A stretch of 64,000 nucleotides of DNA from Vicugna vicugna (lineage: Eukaryota), in assembly GCA_013265495.1 (NCBI GenBank), contig MU057560.1, positions 1,624,753 to 1,688,752 on the forward strand, in the 5' to 3' direction. Each line of letters begins with the position of its first letter. Position 1 is the stretch's first letter. Under the pieces are notes generated by a model. The model searched no databases. It saw only the letters and a program-made list of their open reading frames with translations, and was not told the DNA's origin. The position numbers and the translations under genes were made by a program. This document shows, in pieces, positions 12,481 to 24,460 of this stretch.

Positions 12481-12920
12481 CCAAGCAGCAGGAACTCCAT
12501 TATGCTTCGCTCAGCTTTCACGATTTGAAGTCTCGAGAGCCTCAGGACCGGGAGGCCACCAGCAACACCGAGTACTCAGAGATCAAAATCAACAAATGAG
12601 GATTCGCCCAGAGCTCGGTCCTGGCTGGAGGAATCACAGCCTCTGCGGGGGAAAGGAGAAGTCAGGGGCTAGTTGACGAAACCTTTGTGGCAATATTAGC
12701 ATTAACTACTGTGGGAGTGTCCCCAGGTAGAGCAGAAAGAAGACAGGTGATAGGATTAGAGAGACCTGGGCTCAAAGGCAGGTTCCAACACTTCCTAAGG
12801 CATTGTGATCAGGCAATTCACTTCATCTCCCTGTGTCTCAGTTTTCCGTTCTGTAAATCAGAGATTATGTGTCCTACCTCAAAGTTGGGTGAGCATTAAA
12901 GAAATGAACGTGTGAAAATC
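12480..12920 (+). pseudogene. SIGLEC5: Orphan fragment of a CD33-related Siglec (SIGLEC5-like) terminal exon: ITIM-bearing cytoplasmic tail plus 3' UTR
   Basis: 12480-12599 translates to PKQQELHYASLSFHDLKSREPQDREATSNTEYSEIKINK*. This has the ITIM LHYASL (12495-12512) and ITIM-like TEYSEI (12567-12584) in the spacing of CD33-related Siglec tails; human Siglec-5 is recalled as ...QKELHYASLSFSEMKSREPKDQEAPSTTEYSEIKTSK. TGA is at 12597-12599, followed by a MIR-containing 3' UTR and ATTAAA at 12895-12900. There is no in-frame ATG and no Ig or TM exon in the window. Family assignment is strong; the exact paralog is less certain. Confidence 0.88.
12750..12915 (+). mobile_element. MIR SINE relic inside the Siglec-like 3' UTR
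   Basis: MIR core-like text: tgtgatcaggcaattcacttcatctccctgtgtctcagttttccgttctgtaaat...cctacctcaaagttgggtgagcattaaa. Confidence 0.75.
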
Positions 12921-13027
12921 AAGCAGCAGAGGTCCTGTTAGCTGGTCTGTGCCCAGTGCCTGCTGGTTTCTTTTCCTGGAACAGAAAGATCTTCCTGGCA
13001 AGTTCTCCTGAGGCTGGGAGTGATTAG

Positions 13028-13142
13028 TGTTGACCTGAAACAAGTAGCCTGCCAGGTATTTCCACAGCAAAGATGAGTTTATTCAAGGTCAGCCGAGAAT
13101 TGCAATTAGGGGTCTGCAACCGTGACGAGCCTTGTGCAAGTA
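13028..13142 (-). mobile_element. ERV LTR 3' end (R/U5), truncated at the VNTR
   Basis: The minus strand reads ...AATAAActcatctttgctgtggaaatacctggcaggctacttgtttcaggtcaaCA, a poly(A) signal about 50 bp before a terminal CA, as in ERV1-type LTRs. Subfamily not assigned. Confidence 0.6.
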
Positions 13143-13587
13143 GCCCACGGGAGGCGCTCAGGACCTGCCCACGGGAGGCGCTCAGGACCCGCCCACGGGA
13201 GGCACCCAGGACCCCGCCCATGAGAGGTGCTCAGGACCCGCCCACGGGAGGCGCTCAGGACCCGCCCACGGGAGGCGCTCAGGACCCCGCCCACGGGAGG
13301 CGCCCAGGACCCCGCCCACGGGAGGCGCCCAGGACCCGCCCACGGGAGGCGCCCAGGACCCGCCCACGGGAGGCGCCCAGGACCCGCCCACGGGAGGCGC
13401 ACCACGGGAGGCGCTCAGGACCCGCCCACGGGAGGTGTTCAGGACCTGCCCACGGGAGGCGCCCAGGACCCGCCCACGGGAGGCGCTCAGGGCCCGCCCA
13501 CGGGAGGCGCCCAGGACCCCGCCCACGGGAGGTGTTCAGGACCTGCCCACGGGAGGCACTCAGGACCCGCCCACGGGAGGTGCTCAG
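13143..13587. repeat. GC-rich minisatellite (VNTR), 24-25 bp unit, about 19 copies
   Basis: Head-to-tail unit GCCCACGGGAGGCGCTCAGGACCC with variants (GCGCCC, GTGTTC, extra C), one internally truncated unit at ~13386-13401, and a partial last unit. Confidence 0.97.
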
Positions 13588-16500
13588 TGAGCGTTTCCAA
13601 GCTGAGGAAGGCTTCCGGGAAGCCTCTGCTCTCCCTGGGTCTGCGGCGCGCTCGGCCACAGGCAGCCAGCAGGCCAGCGTGTGCCCACCGGGTCAAGTCC
13701 TTTCAGCCCGCGGACCCGGCGTGTGGCGTGTTGGGGGCGGGGGCGGGGGCACAGCCACGGAGACGGGCCCCCAGCTGGAGGACGGCGTCTGCCTGAGGCC
13801 TGGCGACTGGTAAATGTATTAGGGACGCAGTTTAAACCCGAATGAGCCAAGCTCTCGGCCCGTCCCTCCATCGCCCTTCACTGGTGGGTGATTTCTTCCC
13901 CTTTCCCAGCTAAGGACGTGTGTTTGGGGGAAGAAAAGACGTGCTTGGTCCGGGGCGGAGCTGAGCCTCAGGCCTTCCGGGGCCTGGTCCTGCTGAGAGT
14001 CGTGGGGGCCACAGCCAGGGCCAGCGTGGCTGGAAGCAGGGCAGGGTCGCGTTCAGGACAGGCTCAGAGGGCCAGGCCGTGGAGCCCCCCTACCAACAAC
14101 GCTGACAACTGGGGGGGTCAGCAGTGGCCCTGGCACGTGGCTGGCTGGTGAGCCCGGCAGGGAGCCCAGTGAGAGGCAGGCGCCCGGGGCTCCGGGGAGG
14201 AACGGGGCACTTTGGCCTCTGACAGGTGCTCCCAGTCCCAGCTTTCTGTGCCCATCTTAAGTGAATTCCCTCTCCCTATCCTGCTGTTTAAAAAGGTCCT
14301 ACGATTTTCAATTCAACGCAGTCGACTGCTCTATGTCTAGACATCTTGCACTGTCCCTTTGTCTTTCTTCTCATGAAGGAGTCATCAGCGCTGAGCTCTC
14401 AGCTTCAGCAACCATTACACAGTCATTTAATTCAACTAAGTCTACACAGAGAAGGGACAAGGTGCAGAGTGACTTGTTAAATCTCAGCTTGGGAGCCAGA
14501 AGTCAAGGGGAGTGTTCAACTGACGGGCTCATCCCGGGACACCTGCAGCCTTGGAGGGACACAGTGGTCACTCCTGAGCTGCCGTGTGGCTCCACTAACG
14601 GCCCTGAGTGGATCCCCTCTGTTCACTCTCTCCCCAGACATTTCTGCCATCGAGGGACCTTCTTAATCAAGGAGTTCGCTACCAGGAAGAGCCATGGGCA
14701 GTCCCGGACACCAGATGGCCCAATCATCCTGGAGGATTTCAGAAATACTGTCATTTCTGGGAAAACGATACAATTTCCAAATGTCCCCTGATAGACTCTG
14801 TCTCTGGCTTTGCGATTCCCAAGAGCTCAATTACCTCTTTATGCTAAGACAGCACCAGTTGGGCTGATTTTAAAGAGCAGGTTTTAGATAAAATATAGCC
14901 TTTTACAGATCACTATGTTTTGCTTTCTTAAAAGAAGATAAAATTTCAAACCAATTACCTGTTTCAGAACACCTTTAAAGGAAAAAAAAAAGATTGCTTA
15001 TGGCAAACTCCGTCGACAACATTTTTCTTTAGCAGAAGATCATTTCCAGTCACCTGGATTGCACAGGCACGTGTGAAGGCTGGGGCATGAAGTGGAGAAA
15101 TCAACCTGCAATTATTGTGAGATGTTCACAAACTGCCCAGTAGTCATGAAGCCAGAAATAAATCTAAAAATGTGCAAATTGGAGCCTCTATCTAAGCTCT
15201 GGATATCAGAAACTGAGCTATTAAAACACTGCTGTTCTGCCACACAAAATAGAGAGGTGAAAGGACAAACCCTGACACCATCACATGACAGCAGGCAGCA
15301 CCTGAAAAGTGCCAGCTAGAGCTTGCTGGCGCTCAGGAAGAAAGGTAACTGGTGACAGTCTGCCTGAGTGTGGCTTTCCCTGGAAGCAGCACATCCAAGT
15401 CCTGTGGAGTCTGTATGTTATGCAAAGTCGTTTTCAGACGTCCCACCGCTCAAGCCGCTCCTCTTCCTCTCTCCTCCTTGTGACCTTTTGTGCCTGTGAC
15501 TACAGCCAAATGAAGAAAATCTACTTGTCTAGTGGCTAGAGTTTAATCCTAATTAAAGTCAGATGAAAGGAAACGCAACCCCTGGAGGACACACAGTGTG
15601 CAGGAGCCGTCTCTCTAGTTATCTGGTCACTGGGAATTCAGGCTCACCAGCTTCACCCTGACGTGGGGACGCCAGCCAGCACCTGGCCACCATCAGTGCA
15701 CCTGGGAGCTCTTCCAACCCTGCTGCCTGATTCCTTTTCAAGACCTCTGAACACTCATGCTTAGAAATTGTGGGTAGGATTCCAAGGAGGGCGGATGTCT
15801 GGGGAAAGAAGGTCTGCAAATACGAAGAGCTGGGAGAAGGCTGACCCTCCACTGCCCATCATACAGCGTGTCAGCCAAGTCTAGGAGCCATCCCAGCGCT
15901 CTGAGACCGTGTCCCTCCAGCTTAGCATGGACCGTCAGCATCCTTCCACGCCTCCCACTGAGCTTCTCGCCTTTCATTCAGCCAGCGAGGTGGCCCAGGA
16001 CTTTGAAGATTATCAAAATGCCTCTTGGAGTGTGTTTTAAAGAAAATGCTTAAAATACGAGGTTTCTATGGATTGCAGAGATAAAACAGACACGGGAGGC
16101 CTATTTTCATGCATTTCAAAATAAGATACTTTATGATTTCATGAGAACCTGAAAATTTTAATCCACAGCTAGATCAGAAAGTTGCAGGAATTTCCACAAT
16201 ATTCTGCAGGAACGTTCGGCAAATATTTATGACCTCTTTCTTTTAAGATGAACTGGACATATGCCCATGGGTGGAGCAGGCCTTACAAAGCCGGGCTTCT
16301 AGACTGTCGAACCTCACATCCACACACGTAGCTGATAAAGAGACCAGGAACCCACGTGGACCCTGTGAGCTTCCTGTTCACACTGGATCCCCAGGGTTCC
16401 CAGGCCCTCCTGGAGCGATGCAGCAGTGGTCCAGGGAGGCGCTGTCACAGCTGAGGAATACTGCGATTAGAAGACCCTCATCCTTGGGGGGCTGCTGGCA

Positions 16501-19500
16501 GGCCTTCCCCTCCCTCTCAGTACTGCTCATGGGAGAGCAGGAGATGCCTCTAGATTTACTGACTTGGAACGTCTCTGGGCAGAGATGCTTCTAAGTCTCT
16601 CCAGAGGGAGACACTATTTTTATCTTTCCAAGACTGTCTGCTGTGAGAACATTCTCGAACCTTTGCTTCGAAGATGCTCAGGAACACCAGACTCAGGAAG
16701 AATGACCCTCCAACAGTAAATTTTTGTGTCCCATTTTCAGACTGTACCACAGTGTTATGTTTGTCAGAAGTCTAGGATTTTTAAATTCTGAGCAGTTAAG
16801 CAAATTACCTTTGTGTTTCTGGAATCTTCTCTGTTTATGACATTTAGAAACGCAGTTCAAAGTTAACAATATTGAGAGTGTCAGAGGGCAATGATTTCAG
16901 AAAGGGCATTTTCTGTATTCTGTATTTTATTTTCTGAAGTCACTTATATATATATCATTTCCCCATGTAATATCCATTTGTAGTTTTTAATAAGTTTAAA
17001 TAATGTTCAAAATAGGAAAACTGTAGTGTAAAACATGGTTGTGACACTTGCCGAGGTGGACACCTACCTCTCGGTGCTGGTTATGTGGGTTCCTGATTAC
17101 GTTAATTTGTGTGCAGGTGATTTTGATGAATGATGATTGGGACGTGAAAAACATGGCTTCTGCGACACGAAATTTTAAAAAAGAGAAGCAAGAAGAAATG
17201 CTTTTGCAATGGTATATCCCCTCAATCTGAATTAAGCAGAACCTAAATGAAGAGAAACGTCAATTGACATACGTCCCCCATGGTGGTAACAGAAAGGTGG
17301 GTCCCAAGAAAACAGGTTCACTTGTGGAATCCGCTCTGGGTGGGATATCATTTAATTGGGACCTGAAGCCCTTAAGAGTCTCAGTCCTCAGACAAAAATC
17401 CAACTAATATTCAATGTAGTTTTGTTACCAGGGCGGCTTTTACAAAGAGTTTTGATTAGGTATCCGAATTTTGACTTAACTAGAAAATTCATTTACACAA
17501 AAACACGTACATTACTTTCATCACTGTGACTGGACATTCGCCATGTGTCCAGATGGCACAGAGCATCTCCTGGATTACAGAAGCCTGCAGTGTTACTCCA
17601 AACGTTTGAATTTGGTCAGGACCCCTGACTGTGAGCCCAGCCACTCACGTGTGTGCGTATCGGGGCCACGGTTAAGGTGAAGGGAGCCTGGGGTAGACTG
17701 GGCTCTCGACCACAAAGACTCCGACGTGTAAATGACCCACAAAAGACGTGCCCACCCCGTGTGTGACAGAGGACCAGGGAGCAACTGCGCCTGCACCATC
17801 CCGGCTTCTGGCCGCCCGCCCGTCCACGTGAACGCCCCGAAGGTGCAGGAGAGGCTCGACTTGCCTGCACCGAACTTGCAGCTATTGCTTCCTTGGAAAG
17901 TAAGAATAATGAGGAGAGCAAACAGAAGACACACAGTAACCGAACCTGTCAGTAGAGAAGACAAAGCATTGTTCTCGGAAACTGCTCCATCCGGGATTCT
18001 AACGCATCTCTGCGTTGGGCACCTGCTCAAAGGAAACGGTCTTCTGTGGTCCAGGACTCTGCGCTCCCTTAGCTGGGCCAGCAAATATCCTGGGACTGTT
18101 TTGTGCACACAAGTAATGTAGATATTTTTGTCATTCCATTTTATAAATGAAAGGGCCTAAAAATAATGGGCTTTGTATATGATTAATAGATGTATCTGAG
18201 GGTCTATATGAAGTTAACATGAGTTATAACCCTCTGTAAAACTATTTTTTCCACAAATCATAAATATGTACTCTTCAAAATTATATTCCTGAACCCAGTA
18301 CTTTACTGTCAAATTTTGCCAAGAAGGATAAATCTCAGATAGTTTAGCTGCACTTATGAATCTCATTATGCCCATAACACCAGTAAAATTTCAATGTAAT
18401 AGAAAAATGGGAAATTAAATTATTCTTATTTATAGAACTTAGCTAAGAAAGTCTTAATTAAAAAAAATACTTTCTACCTTCCTGTCATTTTATTTTGGTG
18501 AATTTATTTTTTTGAAGTGGAATTCTCCAGTGTTTGGGGGGTTAAGAGCAGGACTGGATCTTGTGTTTTCTGCCAACCATCTGGTTCTGTCTCCACATCA
18601 TCATTCTAAACTTTTTTCAGAAGATGATAAAAAGAGGTGAATTTTACTGTACTAAAGAAAACCTGAAATTATCTTTTCTTGATATCTTTCTTTCTTAACT
18701 AACTTTAAAAAAATAGCTTCCTGGGCAAAAAATTCCTGGTTTCTTCATAACTTTTGCTGTCCCTTAAAAGTGGAAGGCAGCCCAAAAGCCATTTAACTAA
18801 GTGGACAGTTGTGTAATGGAAGCTTCCTTCACTCAATTAACATCAGGATAGAGGGCAACTGTGCGTGCCGGGAGGAAAACAGCAAACCCACAGCTACACG
18901 TTTACTGCCGGCGCGCCGACTGCCAGATGGCTGGACACTCACACCAGAGGGAGAAGGAGCTACTCAGATCTTTTCCTCATTGCACCAAGGTGACTGCTGA
19001 AACCCTATATATTTCCTCCCAAATCATACAGCTCCTCAAATCTAGGAGACTCCAAAGAGCACAAACAGTGTGATTATTTCATAAAGACGTGGATTAACAG
19101 TCATGGTGCCACAGAGGTGCACCCTGCTCTCCACCCAGGTTGTCCATCACCACCCGAGTTTACATAGAGAACGTATCCCAGGCATTGATGTGTCCACAGG
19201 TGAGCACAGCGCCCACAGGTGAGCGGAGCTACCACAGATAAACCCATTGCTTCTCGCACGGCCCATGATGGTTGTTTCCAGTCTTAGTTTTCTTTTTATA
19301 CAACATTTGATTAATGTTTACATAAAAATTCTATTGTGTCACAGAAAATACACTCAGGACATTGCAAAGGTGTGTCTCCAGTCTACTGTTTCTTCAGTTA
19401 AGAATTATAATGTGTCTGAGGAGTGAAGCCACTTCAGGAACCAACTGTAATATTTAACAATTTATCACCAGGTATTTTTTGTGTTTGCCCAACCTTACCC

Positions 19501-22500
19501 TTCCACACATGTGGCCGACACAGAGCCACCCTGTCACTCTTCCATCCACCTCCTGCGTGTGCCATGTGGATGCCGTGTTCCCAGTCTCTCCTGGTGCCCG
19601 GGCCTCTGCTAGCCAGGGGCACCAGTTCCCCAGCTGGTGCAAGGGAGGGACGGTGACTGCCCCCAGCCTGGCTGTGGCGCTCCCAGAGCTCTCAAAAACT
19701 CTCGAGTTTTCTAAATTATGCTTGAAAGCTAGACCAAAACTCATAACACTGTCTGACTTGGTATTCAGAGTATGTAGAGAAAGTATGTAAGGCAATAATA
19801 TCACAAGTGGAGGGGAGTTGGGGGATGTAAGAGAGGTGAGGCTTCCACGCTTGTCCCAAACGATAAACCGCCAACGCCGGGAGACCACAGTGAGGTAACA
19901 CCTGGAGCTGCTCCTTAAAAATAAAAATTACAGTAAAAAATACTTGACATAAATCAAGATGGAATCCTAAAAGTGACATTCACAACACACAAGAAAACTC
20001 TTGTTGAAAACAAAGCAGAAAGCAAGAGCAGGAAAGTGATGGCAGAAGTAAGTCTTAAGTCAGAGACAGGATTAATCCCTAAAAATGATTAATTAATTAA
20101 TTAAAAGCTGGGCGTTCAAAGTGAACAAATTAGGAATGTTTTAGACTAAATCACATTATGGCTTTTTATTTATCACCTGGGAAGCTGATATTTTACCAAA
20201 TTACCATTGGATCTGTTTCCAAAAGATATATTCATTTCTAATTCGTACACTAGATGGTAAATTTTTTAGCTGCAATTTTGGAAGAGCAGAGAGCGATGGA
20301 GCAGCAGATGCCGACACCTAGCAAGGACTCGGGGCGAAGAGCAACGTCGTTGGTTAAGACGCCCGCCGAGCGTGAGAGCAGCTTCCCGGCCCCTTGAAGT
20401 GCGTGTGTTCTCCATCTCTAAGACAGAGCTCCAGTCACTGGAAGTGCCAGCTGAGGGGTGTTTTTGCAAAAGCAGGACCATGTATACTTTTGTCCTAAAA
20501 AGTTACTACATTGACGTCTCTCTAGTGCCAACACCAATGTAGTTACTCACAGATGGTTACAATTTACCGTATAAAAGTTGAAACACTTTATACACAGGGA
20601 AGAAGTAACTGAAATGTAGTATCAAGCAAGAAAAGATAAAATTTGGAATGAAAACAGGTAGGAGCATCGTGCTATAAACCCTGAGAAGTTGTTTCTGTTT
20701 AAATTCTGCAGCAGAAAGAGTAGAAAAAAACGTCTTGCCACCACACCGTCTCGGTCTAGATGATAAATCCTAACCTTGGAAAACAAATAAGAAATATTGA
20801 CAATTCTAGCAGGATCTACTAACTTGGGAAAGTAAATACACATCAAAGCATGATTTATTTACGCAGCGTGTAAGCAAAGCACACACTGTCATTTGGTTTT
20901 AAAGTTCTGAAACGGTTATTTTTCTATGCATCCACGAAGTCTGTTAAATCCATATAATCTTCACTTGATTTATTGACAAGTTAGGTACATGCTCTCACAA
21001 CGGAATGCTGCTTCACAAAGAAGGGGAAGGAATTATAGGTTAGAATCAAGGGCACTGACATAAAACACTCAGCCTTTTAGCTTTAAAAACATCTCAGCCT
21101 GTTTAAACCTTTAAATACATATAATTACCTTTAACACTGACAACATCACTTCAGGTTGAAGGAATGTGGTAGAAAACAGAACGTTTTCTGTTCTCTTGTT
21201 CCCGGCAGAGAAAGATGCCTTGTTGACAGAGAAGAGAGCAAATAGTGGGGACAACTGGGTGAATGAGACATTACGATTCAAGTTCTAGGGGTCAAGGTGA
21301 CACCGGCTTACCTCTGTGTCCATCCCTGTTTACTACTCAACATAATCTCAGTATAATAAAAAAAAAGAATTTATGGTTCTTTTTATACGGCCTTTCACAC
21401 ACGTAAAGGCACAATCATGCGTACACACAAAAACGCAGCAGAACTCTATTGGGCAGATTTTTCAGAAAGCGTTTGCTGTCTTTAATTAAATAAGCACGTT
21501 GCTCTCGGGTCTCTAAACATTAACATGAATACTGCTTTTTCAAATATGTGCTGATCTGTGAAATAGCCCTTTATTTGCTCACGTGCTTTTCTCTTATGCA
21601 AAATAATAAACACAGAAATACAGAGTCATGTTCTCCAATGGGCTGGCCCTCGGAAACACAATGTGAACTAAATCTCACCTGTACAGATCTCAGCCTGGTT
21701 ATTGGTGAAGGGATGGGCTGAAAAGCTAACAGAAACGCTTGCTGTAAAATTGAGCGTGGGTCACGAACTCTCCGAGCCAACATTTAAACCGATCAAAATG
21801 AACACCTTTGTAAAAGCAATCATCTTGGTGAGATCACAGTCCCCAGCTGGTTTATAATCAGCAACCAAGAAAAGTAAGTTGTTTGATCATTTCTTCACGT
21901 AACTGTAATATAACAAATTTTTTTAAAACCATCCTTTTCTGGTAAAAACCAAATGTTTTATTCAAAGTATCCAAGGTTCTCGCTATTAGTTTTATTTATA
22001 AGACTCTGCTAGATTCAAAGCAAGAAAAGTGGACCAAAATTCAAGTCAGCCGCAGAAATTTCATCCACCTAGACCATGACTTGAGCTCTGTGTCCTTTGC
22101 TTGAGGAGTCCCTTAATGTGTGATGTGTTGCAGTTTCATTAGAATTTTGCATGTCTGTTAGACTGAATTATTTTCCATCTTTTAGGATTTGAGGCCATTT
22201 CTGATTTCCACGCTGCATTATATTTTAATAATAACTTATTCACTTACTTAACAAGTATCCTGAGGACCTATTAGGTCCACGCGCGGTTCTAAGGACACAC
22301 CAAGAGTAACACAGGAAGACAACCCCAGACAAACGTCTGCGTCCAAAGTGATAGTTACTCCCCTTCAAAAAAGATATAATGACACATATTGGCAAACCGT
22401 TCTCTCTGTGAACTGAAAGAATTAGTATCTGAATGGGTTCTCCTCCCACGCCCTGGCGCCGAGGCCTGCCCCGCCTGTCCGTGCAAACGAGTGAGCGTGA

Positions 22501-24149
22501 GTGCAGTGGGAAATCCCGTGTGGAAGCATCTCTGCATCCAGAGTTTTGAGTCGTGATGGTCTTTTCCTCTTAAGCCATTTTAAAACTGAAAAAAAAAAAA
22601 TCAGGCTACTCTTTAGTCTCCTACTGTAGGCACAAACCATCCTGCCTCCTCCATCAAAATCAGTTGATCCTTAAACAAAAGAGCTTCCAATCCACTTGAC
22701 CATACGCACTTGAAAATTCTCCATTGAGATCCGGTTACGGTGCTTTTTGAACAAGAAAGTGCTTCAGTCACCAGCTTCCCAAACCATGGGTCCTGGCAGT
22801 TATCCTAGGAAAGTCGTCTTTTTTTTTTTTTAAAGCTAGAAGGAAGCATTTCAACCAGTGATGATCTGTATTACATTTTTTAATAAATAGAAAACTCTCT
22901 CCCTTGCCTTCCATAAGCACAGGGCGGACGCTGTGATGGGTATCTTATCAGCTAAGAGAACAGCTCCCTCCATCTCTGTTGAATCAGATGTTTTTAAAAA
23001 TCCATTCCCCAGCATGTATCTGCGCTTCATTTCAGATATCCAGTTACAAATATTTATCTTCAAGTAACAAGTTATCAAATAATTGTGGATTGCTGATCAC
23101 AGAAATGATGCCTATCTTGAAGGACTCAAAAGTAATTCAGACACGACATATTGGAATTCATATTACAGATAAAATACATCTACTTATCTCATATGGCATA
23201 GATATTGGCTGGAGCAATGTTTTCAAAGTCATGGAAATGAGGTGACAGCAAAGTGTATGAAAAATACAGAAGCCTGACAGCTCCTGAAGGCCAGGGCTGT
23301 GCACATTTCTCTTCGTTTTGCAGCAAGAAGGTATTGATCGTATGCACATCTGGCCTCCCTGTGTCCAGCGTCCCTGCTTTTCTGGGTGGTGGTGATATTC
23401 AGTGGGAGGCTCTTTAATGGGTATCATCAGCTAGATTCAACTTGATTGTACGTGAGAATCAGACCAACAAAATGCATTTGAAAAGACACAAAGATGGTCT
23501 CAAGGCTGAAATAACGTCTTTTCAGTGTAAAAACATAAGGTATGTGATCATTCTTTGTTAATTCAAAATTAAGTGTTACAGTTCTTTACAGGACTAGAGT
23601 GAAAAAAAAAAACTAAGCAAAGGGACCCTCGTCATCTCCTAGCAGTGCTCTGCCCACCTTCCCTTGCACTCACCCCCTTCCCACTGCTGCAGACACAAAC
23701 CTGGGACCCCACCTGCCCAGGTCTGGCTTGGCCACTGGAGCCTGCTTGGCCTGGGATGGGTAGCTTGGAAATGCTTGGGGATCGGTGTCCTGAGAGCAGC
23801 CACCGTTCACAAGTGGTGGAGGGTGGTTGGAGGTAAATATGGCAGCCCCACCATGGACTTGGCGACAGTCCACGCTGTGCCGAGTCACCAAAGTGGAATG
23901 GCGTCTTGTCAGCCACAGCCGTGACCCATCCCCTTTCCTTCATTTCCTTCCTGGGGTGACCTTCCAAGTTAATTGTGCTTGAGTCCTTGTGCCAGAGTCC
24001 ATTTCTGAAGGGGCCCAACCCAGGCAGAAGGGTTGAGTATTATACTAGAAGAATCATCCGCTGTAGCGCAAAGACCAGCGTGTGAGCCCAGCTCTGCTGT
24101 AACGACTCCCTGTGTTGCACACGCTCACGGCGGGCGCACGAGGCTCCTT

Positions 24150-24460
24150 GCAGGGTTTAGGGACCATCTTTGAAGAAAGAAAGCAAAGTGCTAAATTAAG
24201 TGCAAGGATGAATATTTATTTTGAATGAAAAAAAAAACCACAACAAATTACAAAGTTTAAAAAGTTGACAAATACAACTTAGAAAAAAATGTTATTACTA
24301 ATTAAGTACTTAGTTCACCTCTATTATGCTTCCCCCCTCCTCTGCTTTTTGGCTGAGTAGTTTGAATGCTTTTTCATGCGAAAATAAGTTTATGGTATTT
24401 TCTACAGATATGCTAAGCAGAAAAATAAAAAGACAATTCTTTCTATGTTATAGATTATTA
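24150..24460. mobile_element. Probable hAT DNA-transposon relic
   Basis: cacaacaaattacaaagtttaaaaagttgacaaatac...cacctctattatgc...tttttggctg resembles hAT-Tip100-type fossils from memory. Confidence 0.4.

Noticed and set aside
12480..12920. Classical processed pseudogene, or an intact Siglec gene
   Set aside because: No poly(A) tail, TSD or exon-exon junction is visible, and no upstream Siglec exons are present.
13143..13587. CRISPR-like array
   Set aside because: Units are head-to-tail with no unique spacers, there are no cas genes, and the DNA is mammalian. It is a minisatellite.
13073..13813. 246-aa ORF and overlapping ORFs on both strands
   Set aside because: By-product of a stop-free 24-bp GC-rich repeat. 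The ATG lies in an antisense LTR and no domain is recognisable.
14261..14791. 176-aa ORF
   Set aside because: GTG start, no recognisable homology, and no convincing splice context.
17593..18121. 171-aa and 129-aa overlapping ORFs
   Set aside because: No recognisable protein. Consistent with chance in GC-rich intron.
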